This document shows positions 18,563 to 26,605 of a stretch of DNA of 64,000 nucleotides, one piece after another. Under the pieces are notes generated by a model. The model had not been told where the DNA came from. It ran no database searches and saw only the letters and a program-made list of their open reading frames with translations. The stretch is taken from contig JAUQWV010000007.1 in the NCBI GenBank assembly GCA_030834985.1, positions 4,321-68,320 on the forward strand. Direction: 5' to 3'. Source of the stretch: Candidatus Dojkabacteria bacterium. Lineage in GTDB: Bacteria; Patescibacteriota; Dojkabacteria; J137. The translations under genes were made by a program, and so were the position numbers. How positions within the stretch are numbered: the stretch's first letter is position 1; each line of letters begins with the position of its first letter.

Positions 18563-18883
18563 ATGGCTAAGTTCACTATTGCTCTGGTCGGGTCCGTTCT
18601 GATCGCTGCCTTAATTGGCGCAATCTCACCCGTACTGGGCGTAGCGATCTCAATCATCTCGGTAATAGTCATCCTGATCGCCGCGCTCATGGTTCCAGGT
18701 GTGGGTTTATTCGCTGGTCTCGGTTTCTTTTTTCTTGAACTGATTTTCGCACCGCTCATGGGTGGAAATCCGAATGTCAGCGGCATTGAGCGCGCTGTAG
18801 GCGGCGCGATGAAGATGATTGCCGTGTCTCTTGCTCTGGGCATCATCGCCCATGTAGCAGTGATCCTTGTGATCCTGCTGTAA
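18563..18883 (+). CDS. small GC-rich membrane protein (106 aa, about 3 TM), compositionally foreign
   Basis: AAGGAG SD 6 nt upstream of ATG. About 52% GC with CTG/GTC/GCC/GGC codons. Followed by a strong terminator. Confidence 0.55.
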   Translation: MAKFTIALVGSVLIAALIGAISPVLGVAISIISVIVILIAALMVPGVGLFAGLGFFFLELIFAPLMGGNPNVSGIERAVGGAMKMIAVSLALGIIAHVAVILVILL

Positions 18884-18904
18884 AGAGCTTCTCGCTAATC
18901 CCAG

Positions 18905-18936
18905 AAAAGGCACCTGTAAAAAGGTGCCTTTTCACA
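18905..18936. terminator. intrinsic terminator (AAAAGGCACCT / AGGTGCCTTTT, then TTTT)
   Basis: 11-bp stem, U-tract. Confidence 0.65.
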
Positions 18937-18938
18937 TT

Positions 18939-19913
18939 TTAAGCAGCTATAGTCTGAATATTCGCACCCTCTTGAATAGGGAATGATATTATTAATATCT
19001 TTTCTTGTACAATCCCATCCTCGTTTTTTACAACATTAAATTTTAAATGTTGTGAAAAGAATTGATCTGCTGTTCTTGTATCGGAGCTATCTTTTGTTTT
19101 CGCCACTAATTGCCCAATAATATATGCAACCATTTGCGCACCTCTTTCATTATTTGGCCATTTTTCTGTTGGGTTTCTAAAGCCTTGTTCAAATGCAGCT
19201 TTCATCTTATCTTTAAGTAATTCCCAAGTTTCTGCAGACCCATTATCGGATATCTTATATGTCCTAAAAGGAGAAGCTTCGTCAACCGAGACAGTTATTT
19301 GGGTTGCGCCGACTTCCGGGTTTGTAGCGTTAAGAACTAAAGTATTTATCATAATTAGTTCATCTTGTGTAGCAAGAATATCTGGGTGAATATTGATTCT
19401 AATATTGCTATTGGTATCAAAATTCTTTTTAATATCGATAAGTTGTACAAGACCTTTTCTAGATAAATTTGTATCTATAAAATTTTTAAGACGAGGCAAA
19501 ATATCTTTAAAAATATTTATGAATTGTTCAAAATCCTGCTGGGCGTCCGCAATATGTTCATAGTTAGCGTTAAGTTGAATAGTTACAATATCTCCTTCTG
19601 TACTTACAGTTACTGCCTCAGCCGGAAGTAAAAGATCCATATACCCACCAACTAATGCTGGGTACTTTCGAATATCGTGAGTTAAAATATTTGTGAATTC
19701 TTCAGTGATTCCTGGTCCTCCTACAATAAAACTCTGTCTACTAAATAAAAAATCATAGATAGGTCTAGGTATATTAATTGGGTCGTAAGGTTGCCATGAA
19801 TCTAATTCTGCAAGGGCATTAGGAATTAATTTGCTCATAGGTAAAAACTCCGCGGAAGTTTTTATTACGGCTTGCTCAGTTTCTTGCTTGATTCTTTCTA
19901 TAATATCTGACAT
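18939..19913 (-). CDS. hypothetical protein (324 aa)
   Basis: The track ORF extends to 20003 but that extension overlaps tRNA-Pro. Internal ATG (MSDIIERIK…) at about 19913 is taken as the start. Confidence 0.55.
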   Translation of the reverse strand: MSDIIERIKQETEQAVIKTSAEFLPMSKLIPNALAELDSWQPYDPINIPRPIYDFLFSRQSFIVGGPGITEEFTNILTHDIRKYPALVGGYMDLLLPAEAVTVSTEGDIVTIQLNANYEHIADAQQDFEQFINIFKDILPRLKNFIDTNLSRKGLVQLIDIKKNFDTNSNIRINIHPDILATQDELIMINTLVLNATNPEVGATQITVSVDEASPFRTYKISDNGSAETWELLKDKMKAAFEQGFRNPTEKWPNNERGAQMVAYIIGQLVAKTKDSSDTRTADQFFSQHLKFNVVKNEDGIVQEKILIISFPIQEGANIQTIAA

Positions 19914-19945
19914 AGGCAAAGGATTATAAATATACTTGTATTTTA

Positions 19946-20018
19946 TCAGAGGTACTGGACTTGAACCAGCAGTCTTACGGTCCCGAACCGTATGCTTTAC
20001 CAATTAAGCTAACCTCTG
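19946..20018 (-). tRNA. tRNA-Pro (anticodon CGG)
   Basis: Cloverleaf read by hand: acceptor CAGAGGT/ACCTCTG, anticodon loop TTCGGGA, T-loop TTCAAGT. No encoded CCA. Confidence 0.8.
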
Positions 20019-20145
20019 CAGCCTTTTACGGCAAAAATACTGATTAATAATATCATTGTAGGGCAAGATATTGCAGCTTAATTACTAGACACAACTTTAC
20101 TCTATGGCTTATTATTAACTTTGCTTACATAATCTTAAATTTTTT

Positions 20146-20607
20146 ATGGAAAATAAAACTATTATTGCTGCAGCGTTAGTTATTGTCTTTTTGGTTGGTA
20201 TTTTATTTTTTAATTCAAAAACGGTGGAAAATAGTAGAAATCAAACAGGTGATACTTCTTCGGCATCTACATCTTCAGGCTTGACTGAGCTTGTAAAAGA
20301 AACTACAAGAGAGGGCGAAGGAGATAGAGAAGTTGCAACTGGCGATACAATCAGCGTACATTACACAGGAACTTTTTTAGATGGTACAAAATTCGATAGT
20401 TCAGTAGATCGTGGCCAGCCATTTCAATTTACAGTAGGGCAGGGCGTTATCCAAGGGTGGAGCCAAGGTGTAATTGGAATGAAAAAAGGTGAAGTTAGAA
20501 AATTATCAATTCCTTCCTCTTTAGGTTACGGTCCAGTTGATTACGGTGATATTCCAGCTAACTCCGACCTATATTTTGAAATAGAATTATTAGACTTTGT
20601 TAATTAA
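20146..20607 (+). CDS. FKBP-type peptidyl-prolyl cis-trans isomerase (membrane-anchored)
   Basis: FKBP core VHYTGTFLDGTKFDSS…GQGVIQGWSQGVIGMKKGE…YFEIELL. Confidence 0.85.
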   Translation: MENKTIIAAALVIVFLVGILFFNSKTVENSRNQTGDTSSASTSSGLTELVKETTREGEGDREVATGDTISVHYTGTFLDGTKFDSSVDRGQPFQFTVGQGVIQGWSQGVIGMKKGEVRKLSIPSSLGYGPVDYGDIPANSDLYFEIELLDFVN

Positions 20608-20652
20608 AGTATTTAATAAATTCAATTAATTCTTAGGTACTTTGTTTATTTG

Positions 20653-20720
20653 GAGGCAGAGTTGCTAGAAGAAGCATTTCCAACGCGTAGCTAGGATTGC
20701 TTCAAATAGTAACTCTGCCT
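20653..20720. other. long imperfect inverted repeat GGAGGCAGAGTT…AACTCTGCCTCC with nested inner stems (putative terminator or structured element)
   Basis: 12-bp perfect outer stem enclosing about 44 nt that contain a further GAAGCA/TGCTTC pair. Sits between the FKBP gene and lepB. Confidence 0.4.
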
Positions 20721-20783
20721 CCATAGAATTTAGTATTTATTTGTGATATTTTGAATTGATAATGACTATTTAAAATAAGGCTA

Positions 20784-21401
20784 ATGGATAACTACAATCC
20801 CTTTTTAGAGCAAGCGCCGGCACAACCAAGAAATTGGTTCATAACAATTTTACAAAGTCTAGTGATACTCACTTCAGTTGGTATTGTTTTATATTTGTTT
20901 ATATTATCTCCAAATCAAGTAGATGGCCCTTCGATGGAGCCTAATTTTTATACCGGTGAATTGTATTTTGCAAATAGGTTAGTCCAGTGGTTTAATGGAA
21001 CTGCAGTGGGTGATATTACAGGCTTTAAATATCAACGTGGTGATGTTGTTGTATTACAAATCCCTGGATACCCTCAATTTATTAAAAGAATTGTAGGTAT
21101 GCCTGGAGATAAGATAACTTTGAGGGATGGCAGGCTATATATTAATGATAAAATAATTACGGAAGAATATTTACCGCCAGCTCTATACACTAGAGGAGGC
21201 GACTTTTTAGAAGATGGAGGCGAAAGCAGAATTGTTCCTCAGGGATCGTATTTTGTTATTGGCGATAATCGTCCAGTAAGTTATGATTCGAGATTTTTAG
21301 GTTTTGTTCGAGGAGATTGGTTAAAAGGTAAAGTATTCTTACGATTCTGGCCTGGTGAAGCATTTGGTTTAATACCTACAGGCGCAATTACATTTGAATA
21401 A
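20784..21401 (+). CDS. lepB: signal peptidase I
   Basis: GPSMEPNF Ser box, KRIVGMPGD Lys box, GDNR…SYDSR boxes. Confidence 0.9.
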   Translation: MDNYNPFLEQAPAQPRNWFITILQSLVILTSVGIVLYLFILSPNQVDGPSMEPNFYTGELYFANRLVQWFNGTAVGDITGFKYQRGDVVVLQIPGYPQFIKRIVGMPGDKITLRDGRLYINDKIITEEYLPPALYTRGGDFLEDGGESRIVPQGSYFVIGDNRPVSYDSRFLGFVRGDWLKGKVFLRFWPGEAFGLIPTGAITFE

Positions 21402-21409
21402 TAGTGACT

Positions 21410-22045
21410 ATGAGAAACATTTTCGGCAGAAAAAAAACTGATAACACTCCTTTTAATGAAAAAAGAGAAAAATCTGCTTTAGTAGACTTTTTACAATCAG
21501 TAACTTTAGCGATAATTTTTTCTATTATTATTTTCAGTATTGTTACTCCAAGTGAGGTAGAAGGTAGTTCAATGGAACCTAATTTTCATAATGGCGAAAG
21601 AGTTTATACAAATAGACTTCCTCAATGGTTTAGTGATGGTGATGTTGGAAGAGCATTGAATTTGTCATACAACAGAGGAGATGTAATTGTATTTTACAAA
21701 CCGGGAATGGGTGGGTCGTTAATAAAACGAATAATTGGAATTCCTGGAGATAAAATTGAATTACTTAATGGACAGTTTTATGTAAATGGTAAGCGCCTAT
21801 TAGAAGAGTATTTAGCCTCGGATTTATATACTAAAAGTGGGACGTTTTTATCTGAGGGCGAGGTTGTGCAGGTGCCTGAAAATAGTTATTTTGTAGCAGG
21901 AGACAACCGAGCTGTGAGTAATGATTCCAGATTTATAGGATTTATAGATAAAGAGTGGATGCAAGGGAAAGTTATATTCAGATTGTGGCCTTTAGATAAA
22001 ATAGGCATTATTCACGCTGGTGAATATAAGTTAGAAAACCCTTAA
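21410..22045 (+). CDS. lepB: signal peptidase I, second tandem paralog
   Basis: GSSMEPNF, KRIIGIPGD, GDNRAVSNDSR. GTG at 21404 or ATG at 21410. Confidence 0.85.
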   Translation: MRNIFGRKKTDNTPFNEKREKSALVDFLQSVTLAIIFSIIIFSIVTPSEVEGSSMEPNFHNGERVYTNRLPQWFSDGDVGRALNLSYNRGDVIVFYKPGMGGSLIKRIIGIPGDKIELLNGQFYVNGKRLLEEYLASDLYTKSGTFLSEGEVVQVPENSYFVAGDNRAVSNDSRFIGFIDKEWMQGKVIFRLWPLDKIGIIHAGEYKLENP

Positions 22046-22593
22046 AGCGGATTTGCTAATAAAAATTCCTGTAATAATGCGAGTGCTTTTGCACGCATTG
22101 AGTATCTGTCTTTTTCTGAATCCTGCATTTCTGCAAATGTTTTATCGGAACCTGTTGGTATAAAAATTGGATCCCAGCCAAAACCGTTTTTTCCTTTTTC
22201 TTCATTTGTAATTACCCCCTCAACTTTTCCTTCAAAAGTATGAATAGTATTTTCATCTAGGATTAAAGCAAATGTTACTTGAGCAACAGCACGTCTATTG
22301 TCACGATTTTGCAGAAGCTCTATTAGCCCATTATTCCCGAGCGCCTTTGCAAAATCGTTTATATAAGGCCCAGGTAATCCGCCAAGTCCATTAAAACTTA
22401 AACTAGTATCTTCAACTAATAATGGTGTTTTTAACTCATTAAAATATGCTTTAGCTTTCTCAACTGCAACTTTTACTGGATCAAGTGATTGAATTTCTTC
22501 AATTTCTAAAGAAGTACCTTCTATCTCTAAATTTGTAATTCTTTTAACTTCATCGATTTTATTTTGATTTGAAGTAGCAAATATTAGTTTCAT
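22042..22593 (-). CDS. rdgB: non-canonical purine NTP pyrophosphatase (RdgB/HAM1)
   Basis: ATSNQNK(I)DE N-terminus. FGWDPIF motif. 183 aa. Confidence 0.8.
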   Translation of the reverse strand: MKLIFATSNQNKIDEVKRITNLEIEGTSLEIEEIQSLDPVKVAVEKAKAYFNELKTPLLVEDTSLSFNGLGGLPGPYINDFAKALGNNGLIELLQNRDNRRAVAQVTFALILDENTIHTFEGKVEGVITNEEKGKNGFGWDPIFIPTGSDKTFAEMQDSEKDRYSMRAKALALLQEFLLANPL

Positions 22594-22652
22594 TGAAGTA
22601 GTTTAATAATTTAAGTAATTGCAATATAATTACTATAATACAGAATAGTAAA

Positions 22653-23543
22653 ATGAGTAAAGAAATAATAACAGTAAAAAATTTTAGTAAGTCATTTGGT
22701 ACAAAAAAAGTTATAGATGATTTAACGTTTGAAGTTTTTGAAGGTGAAGTATTCGCATTTTTAGGAGCAAACGGTTCTGGTAAAACAACAACAATTCGCT
22801 GTCTTTTGAATATCCTTCAGGAAGATAGTGGAGAACTTTTAATTAATAACGAGGTTTATTCTCCTACATTATCTAGTCTTCTTGGTTATTTACCTGAAGA
22901 AAGAGGTCTTTATTTAACTTCCAGAGTTTTAGAAACTTTAGTTTATTTTGGCCAACTTAAGGGGTTAAGTAAGATTGAAGCAACAGAAAATGCTAGAAAC
23001 TATCTTCAAAGAGTTGATTTGGCCGATAAAGAAAATGTTGATATTAAAAAACTTTCATCGGGTCAGCAGCAGAAAATCCAGCTTGGAATAACTGTAATAA
23101 ATAAACCTAAATTATTGATTTTAGATGAACCTACCAAAGGTTTGGATCCAGTGAATCGTGAGTTACTGCTTAATATTTTGTTAGAGTTGAATAAAAACGG
23201 CTCTACCATAGTATTCAGCACTCATCAGATGGAAGAAGTCGAAAAAATCGCTGATAGATTATTAATGATTAAAGATGGTAGAGCCGTTTTATACGGGAGC
23301 GTAGCAGCCGTTAAATCTAAATATTCAGATAACTCATTATACTTGAATTTTGAGGGTAAGCTTCAGGAGGAAACAAATCTATTTAATGCTGTAATAAATA
23401 AAAATCGAGCAGTAATTAGATTAAAAGATGGAGCTTCAAAACAAGAAGTTATTAAATATCTAGCAGACAGCGTCAATGTTTTGAAGCTCGAAGAAAGCAC
23501 TCCATCATTAAATGATATTTTTATTCAAGTAATGAATAAATGA
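22653..23543 (+). CDS. ABC transporter ATP-binding protein
   Basis: GANGSGKTT Walker A. LSSGQQQK signature. ILDEPT Walker B. Confidence 0.85.
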   Translation: MSKEIITVKNFSKSFGTKKVIDDLTFEVFEGEVFAFLGANGSGKTTTIRCLLNILQEDSGELLINNEVYSPTLSSLLGYLPEERGLYLTSRVLETLVYFGQLKGLSKIEATENARNYLQRVDLADKENVDIKKLSSGQQQKIQLGITVINKPKLLILDEPTKGLDPVNRELLLNILLELNKNGSTIVFSTHQMEEVEKIADRLLMIKDGRAVLYGSVAAVKSKYSDNSLYLNFEGKLQEETNLFNAVINKNRAVIRLKDGASKQEVIKYLADSVNVLKLEESTPSLNDIFIQVMNK

Positions 23544-24811
23544 AAAAAAGTTTAATAGTTGCAAAACGGGAATATATAAAAGTCGTAAGAAAGCCTTCTT
23601 TCTGGCTTTCTACATTGTTTTTTCCTGTTTTTATTGTTGCAGTAACTTTGATATCAGGTTTTTCATCAGTTCAATTTGAAGAAAAATTAAAAAGTGGTTT
23701 GTCTGAAGCTAACAAAGTTTTAATAGTTGACGAATCTAATTTTATAAAAGATTATTTTTTTGTAGACAAAATTGAGCGTGCAGACAATTTAGAAGAATCA
23801 ATTACAGAGGTTGTAAACGGCAATGCAGATGCTGTAATTTATTTCCCAGCTGATGTTACAAGTACAAAAGCCCTACAAATTTATACCCAAGACCAAGGTT
23901 TATTTTTAAATGAACGGTATAACAGTTTTGCAGATACCTTATTAAAGCAGAGCATATTAAGTGATTTAAACGATCCGGCTAAAGTTGAAGTATATAACTC
24001 CACCTTAAACTATCAGGTAACAACCTATAAAGATGGTGTAGAAACTAATTTTTCGTTGTCAAAATTGTTAGTTCCTGGAATTTCCTTAGTTTTGTATTTT
24101 ATTTTGACAACGTTTGCAACAAGCTATTTACTGCTTAGCGTATCAGAAGAAAAAGAGAATAGGGTAATGGAAATTGTATTATCTGCAATTAAACCTAAAG
24201 ACTTGATTGTAGGTAAGATCATTGGATTAATTGGGATAATTATTACTCAGGTTCTTTTACTTATTGTCTTATCAATAATTGGAGTTTTATTAGTAGGCAA
24301 TCTTTTACAAGGCTCAACTGCAACAGGTATAAATCCAGTAAATATACCTTTAGGTTCTATTGATATTGAAATCTCACAGCTCATTGGACAAATTATTTTA
24401 GGAATAATATTTACCTTGTCAGGTTTCTTTATTCTAGCTTGTGTAATGGTTGGAGTTGGCGCAGCAAGCCCAACATACAAAGAAGCACAAAGTTTATCTT
24501 CGATATTTATTCTAATATCAATATTTCCTATATATTTTATTACTACAATTCTTGGTGATCCAAGCGGAACATTAGCTCAGATCTTAAGTTATTTGCCTTT
24601 TACTGCTAGCTTGATTTTATTGTTAAGAAGTGCTCTAGATGCACTAAGTACTACTGAAGCCGTCATAGGGGTTGCTTTATTGGTGCTTTATTGTGTACTT
24701 GGTGTGATTTTAGCCTTCAAGCTTTTTGAGTTTGGAGCGTTAGAATATAATAAAAAAATCTCGATAAGCGAATTTATAAGTGGTAGAAGAAAATCCAGAA
24801 AAATTACCTAG
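23540..24811 (+). CDS. ABC-2 family transporter permease
   Basis: Large extracytoplasmic loop after TM1, then 5 TM. Coupled to the ATPase by a 4-bp overlap. Confidence 0.7.
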   Translation: MKKSLIVAKREYIKVVRKPSFWLSTLFFPVFIVAVTLISGFSSVQFEEKLKSGLSEANKVLIVDESNFIKDYFFVDKIERADNLEESITEVVNGNADAVIYFPADVTSTKALQIYTQDQGLFLNERYNSFADTLLKQSILSDLNDPAKVEVYNSTLNYQVTTYKDGVETNFSLSKLLVPGISLVLYFILTTFATSYLLLSVSEEKENRVMEIVLSAIKPKDLIVGKIIGLIGIIITQVLLLIVLSIIGVLLVGNLLQGSTATGINPVNIPLGSIDIEISQLIGQIILGIIFTLSGFFILACVMVGVGAASPTYKEAQSLSSIFILISIFPIYFITTILGDPSGTLAQILSYLPFTASLILLLRSALDALSTTEAVIGVALLVLYCVLGVILAFKLFEFGALEYNKKISISEFISGRRKSRKIT

Positions 24812-24839
24812 TTGAAATTTATAGACTTATTGGTATACT
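24812..24839 (+). promoter_or_regulatory. sigma70-like promoter TTGAAA-16-TATACT
   Basis: Hexamers read in the sequence upstream of the thioredoxin-like gene. Confidence 0.3.
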
Positions 24840-24872
24840 GTACCTTACAACCGATTTTAATGACAAAAGATA

Positions 24873-25319
24873 ATGGTTAAGAAAAAAAAGAAATTTGCTC
24901 TTAAGACTGCGGCAGCTGTGACGATAGTGGTGTTATTCTTTTTAGGAATCTCTATTGCAACAGGATTATTGAGAATTGATATTGTAGCTTCAACTATTTC
25001 AAGCGAAGTTCCTGCAAATTATCATAAAGAAGAAAAAATAGAAACCAATCTAATGGAAGGTAAGCATTTTGTGCTTTTTACTTCAAGTTGGTGCGGCCCA
25101 TGCCAAACACTTTCTAATTTCTACAAACTATCTGCCAAAAAGTATTCTAATATAGACTTTATTGAGGCAGATATTGAAGTCAATCGAGCTCTAGCAAACG
25201 AGCTAGGCGCTACTTTAACACCATCTGTATTATTTATTCAAGATGGTAGAGTTATAAGCAATACTGAGGTCGGAATTGACGATATTGAAAAAAGCATAGA
25301 TAAGTATGCCTCATTGTAA
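24873..25319 (+). CDS. membrane-anchored thioredoxin-like protein
   Basis: WCGPC active site in a thioredoxin fold. N-terminal TM. Confidence 0.7.
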   Translation: MVKKKKKFALKTAAAVTIVVLFFLGISIATGLLRIDIVASTISSEVPANYHKEEKIETNLMEGKHFVLFTSSWCGPCQTLSNFYKLSAKKYSNIDFIEADIEVNRALANELGATLTPSVLFIQDGRVISNTEVGIDDIEKSIDKYASL

Positions 25320-25331
25320 TATTATGAGTGT

Positions 25332-25976
25332 ATGTATTTATTGCTTGTAATTTACGCTTTCCTACTTTTGGTCCAGCTGGTACTCGGAATCTTCGCGTAT
25401 AGAATTAAAAAATCCTTGAAACGTAAGTATAGCTACTATCTTGGTGAGCAAATCGAATTTAATAATATCCTAGAAGAATATCAAAAACATAACCCTAACT
25501 TGCAAATCATTGCAACTGACGAAATTAATGATGTTTGTATTGCCGAGGAAGATGTTTTGATTATCAATAAAAAGTCAATTTACGCTAAAGATCTATATAG
25601 TAATTTATATTTGCTTTTTCAGCTTAAACTGACCTCTTCAGAGTTTAAAGATATCCGTAGAATCTATATTTACCAATCAATTACATTTGTTTCTCAAATA
25701 GTATTTCTTATATTATTTTTTGTCTTGCCAGAGATCGCAACAATAGTCCTACTATTGGGATTTGTAAGCTTGTTTTTAAATCTTTTTCTGATTTACTATG
25801 GAATTAGCGTATATAATCAGATTTTAAGGATTGTACTTAAAGAAGCCCGAAAGATTTTGAGTTTAGATAAAGTTGAAATGGCTAGAGCAGAGACCTTGGT
25901 AAGTGAGTTAAAATACGAGGTTTTAACCTACGCCCTAGAAATTCCGTGGAGATTATCAGAGTTCTGGCGGATTTAA
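25332..25976 (+). CDS. hypothetical polytopic membrane protein
   Basis: ORF with ATG start and several TM segments. Confidence 0.5.
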   Translation: MYLLLVIYAFLLLVQLVLGIFAYRIKKSLKRKYSYYLGEQIEFNNILEEYQKHNPNLQIIATDEINDVCIAEEDVLIINKKSIYAKDLYSNLYLLFQLKLTSSEFKDIRRIYIYQSITFVSQIVFLILFFVLPEIATIVLLLGFVSLFLNLFLIYYGISVYNQILRIVLKEARKILSLDKVEMARAETLVSELKYEVLTYALEIPWRLSEFWRI

Positions 25977-25977
25977 A

Positions 25978-26446
25978 AAACGGGGGTCCATCCATAAGCC
26001 GGATTCTGTTTATAGAATCATTTATCTATTGCCCCTAAATTAGGGTTGCTCCAGACAGGGGTTGCCGGCACCCTGATATTGCTATCAGGATCGGTGGGCT
26101 CTTACTCCACCTTTTCACCTTTACCCAGAGCTAGCATTAGTTATATCACGTACATATAGCTAAACTAGCCCTAAGGCTGTTTGTTCTCTGTTGCCCTTTT
26201 CTCCCGAAGCTTGCGCCCCGCCTATACCCTAAAAGCCTTTACTCACTAGCTATCCAATTGCTTTTCCTGCTATGTTTTCAAGTTACTTTCAAGTTAAAGG
26301 TGTCTATTCCGATACTTTTTGATGTAATCTCAAAGTCTGTAAACATTGCTGTATACTGTCGGAACCACTTGGAGTCCGGACTTTCCTCATCTGGGTTGTA
26401 AAATTGCTTTTTGACCCAAACGCGATTCTTTGAATGGGCCCCGTTG
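25978..26446 (-). ncRNA. rnpB: RNase P RNA, bacterial
   Basis: Minus strand carries GAGGAAAGUCCGGACUCC (P4 5' strand), AGGGUGAAAAGGUGGAGUAAGAGCCCACC and ACAGAAUCCGGCUUAU (P4 3' strand). P1 pairs ACGGGGCCCAUUC with GGAUGGACCCCCGU. A TATAAT sits about 8 nt upstream of the inferred 5' end. Confidence 0.85.
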
Positions 26447-26487
26447 TGCGGTAATTATATCATTTATATAACTGACAATACAAATAT

Positions 26488-26559
26488 CAGGCATAAATAT
26501 ACCCTGTTCTTTCCATCGTGCATAGCCCGAAAGTCAATCACCTAGGTATATTTATGCCT
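26488..26559. other. inverted repeat AGGCATAAATATACC…GGTATATTTATGCCT with about 42-nt loop, between leuS stop and rnpB promoter
   Basis: 14-15-bp perfect arms read directly from the sequence. No U-tract. Confidence 0.35.
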
Positions 26560-26605
26560 TATTTTAGGGCAAATTTAGGATAGTGAGGCAATACAAGTGA
26601 TACGT

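Noticed and set aside
18559-18913. Minus-strand ORFs 18559-18846 and 18707-18913 antisense to GC island #2
   Set aside because: They have no RBS and a Pro/Arg-rich composition, whereas the plus-strand ORF has a promoter, SD and terminator.
19914-20003. N-terminal extension of ORF 18939-20003
   Set aside because: The extension overlaps tRNA-Pro(CGG) on the same strand. The internal Met at about 19913 gives a clean gene.
20631-20760. Possible SRP (4.5S) RNA in the FKBP-lepB spacer
   Set aside because: The GGAA tetraloop and AGCAGC domain-IV motif are absent.
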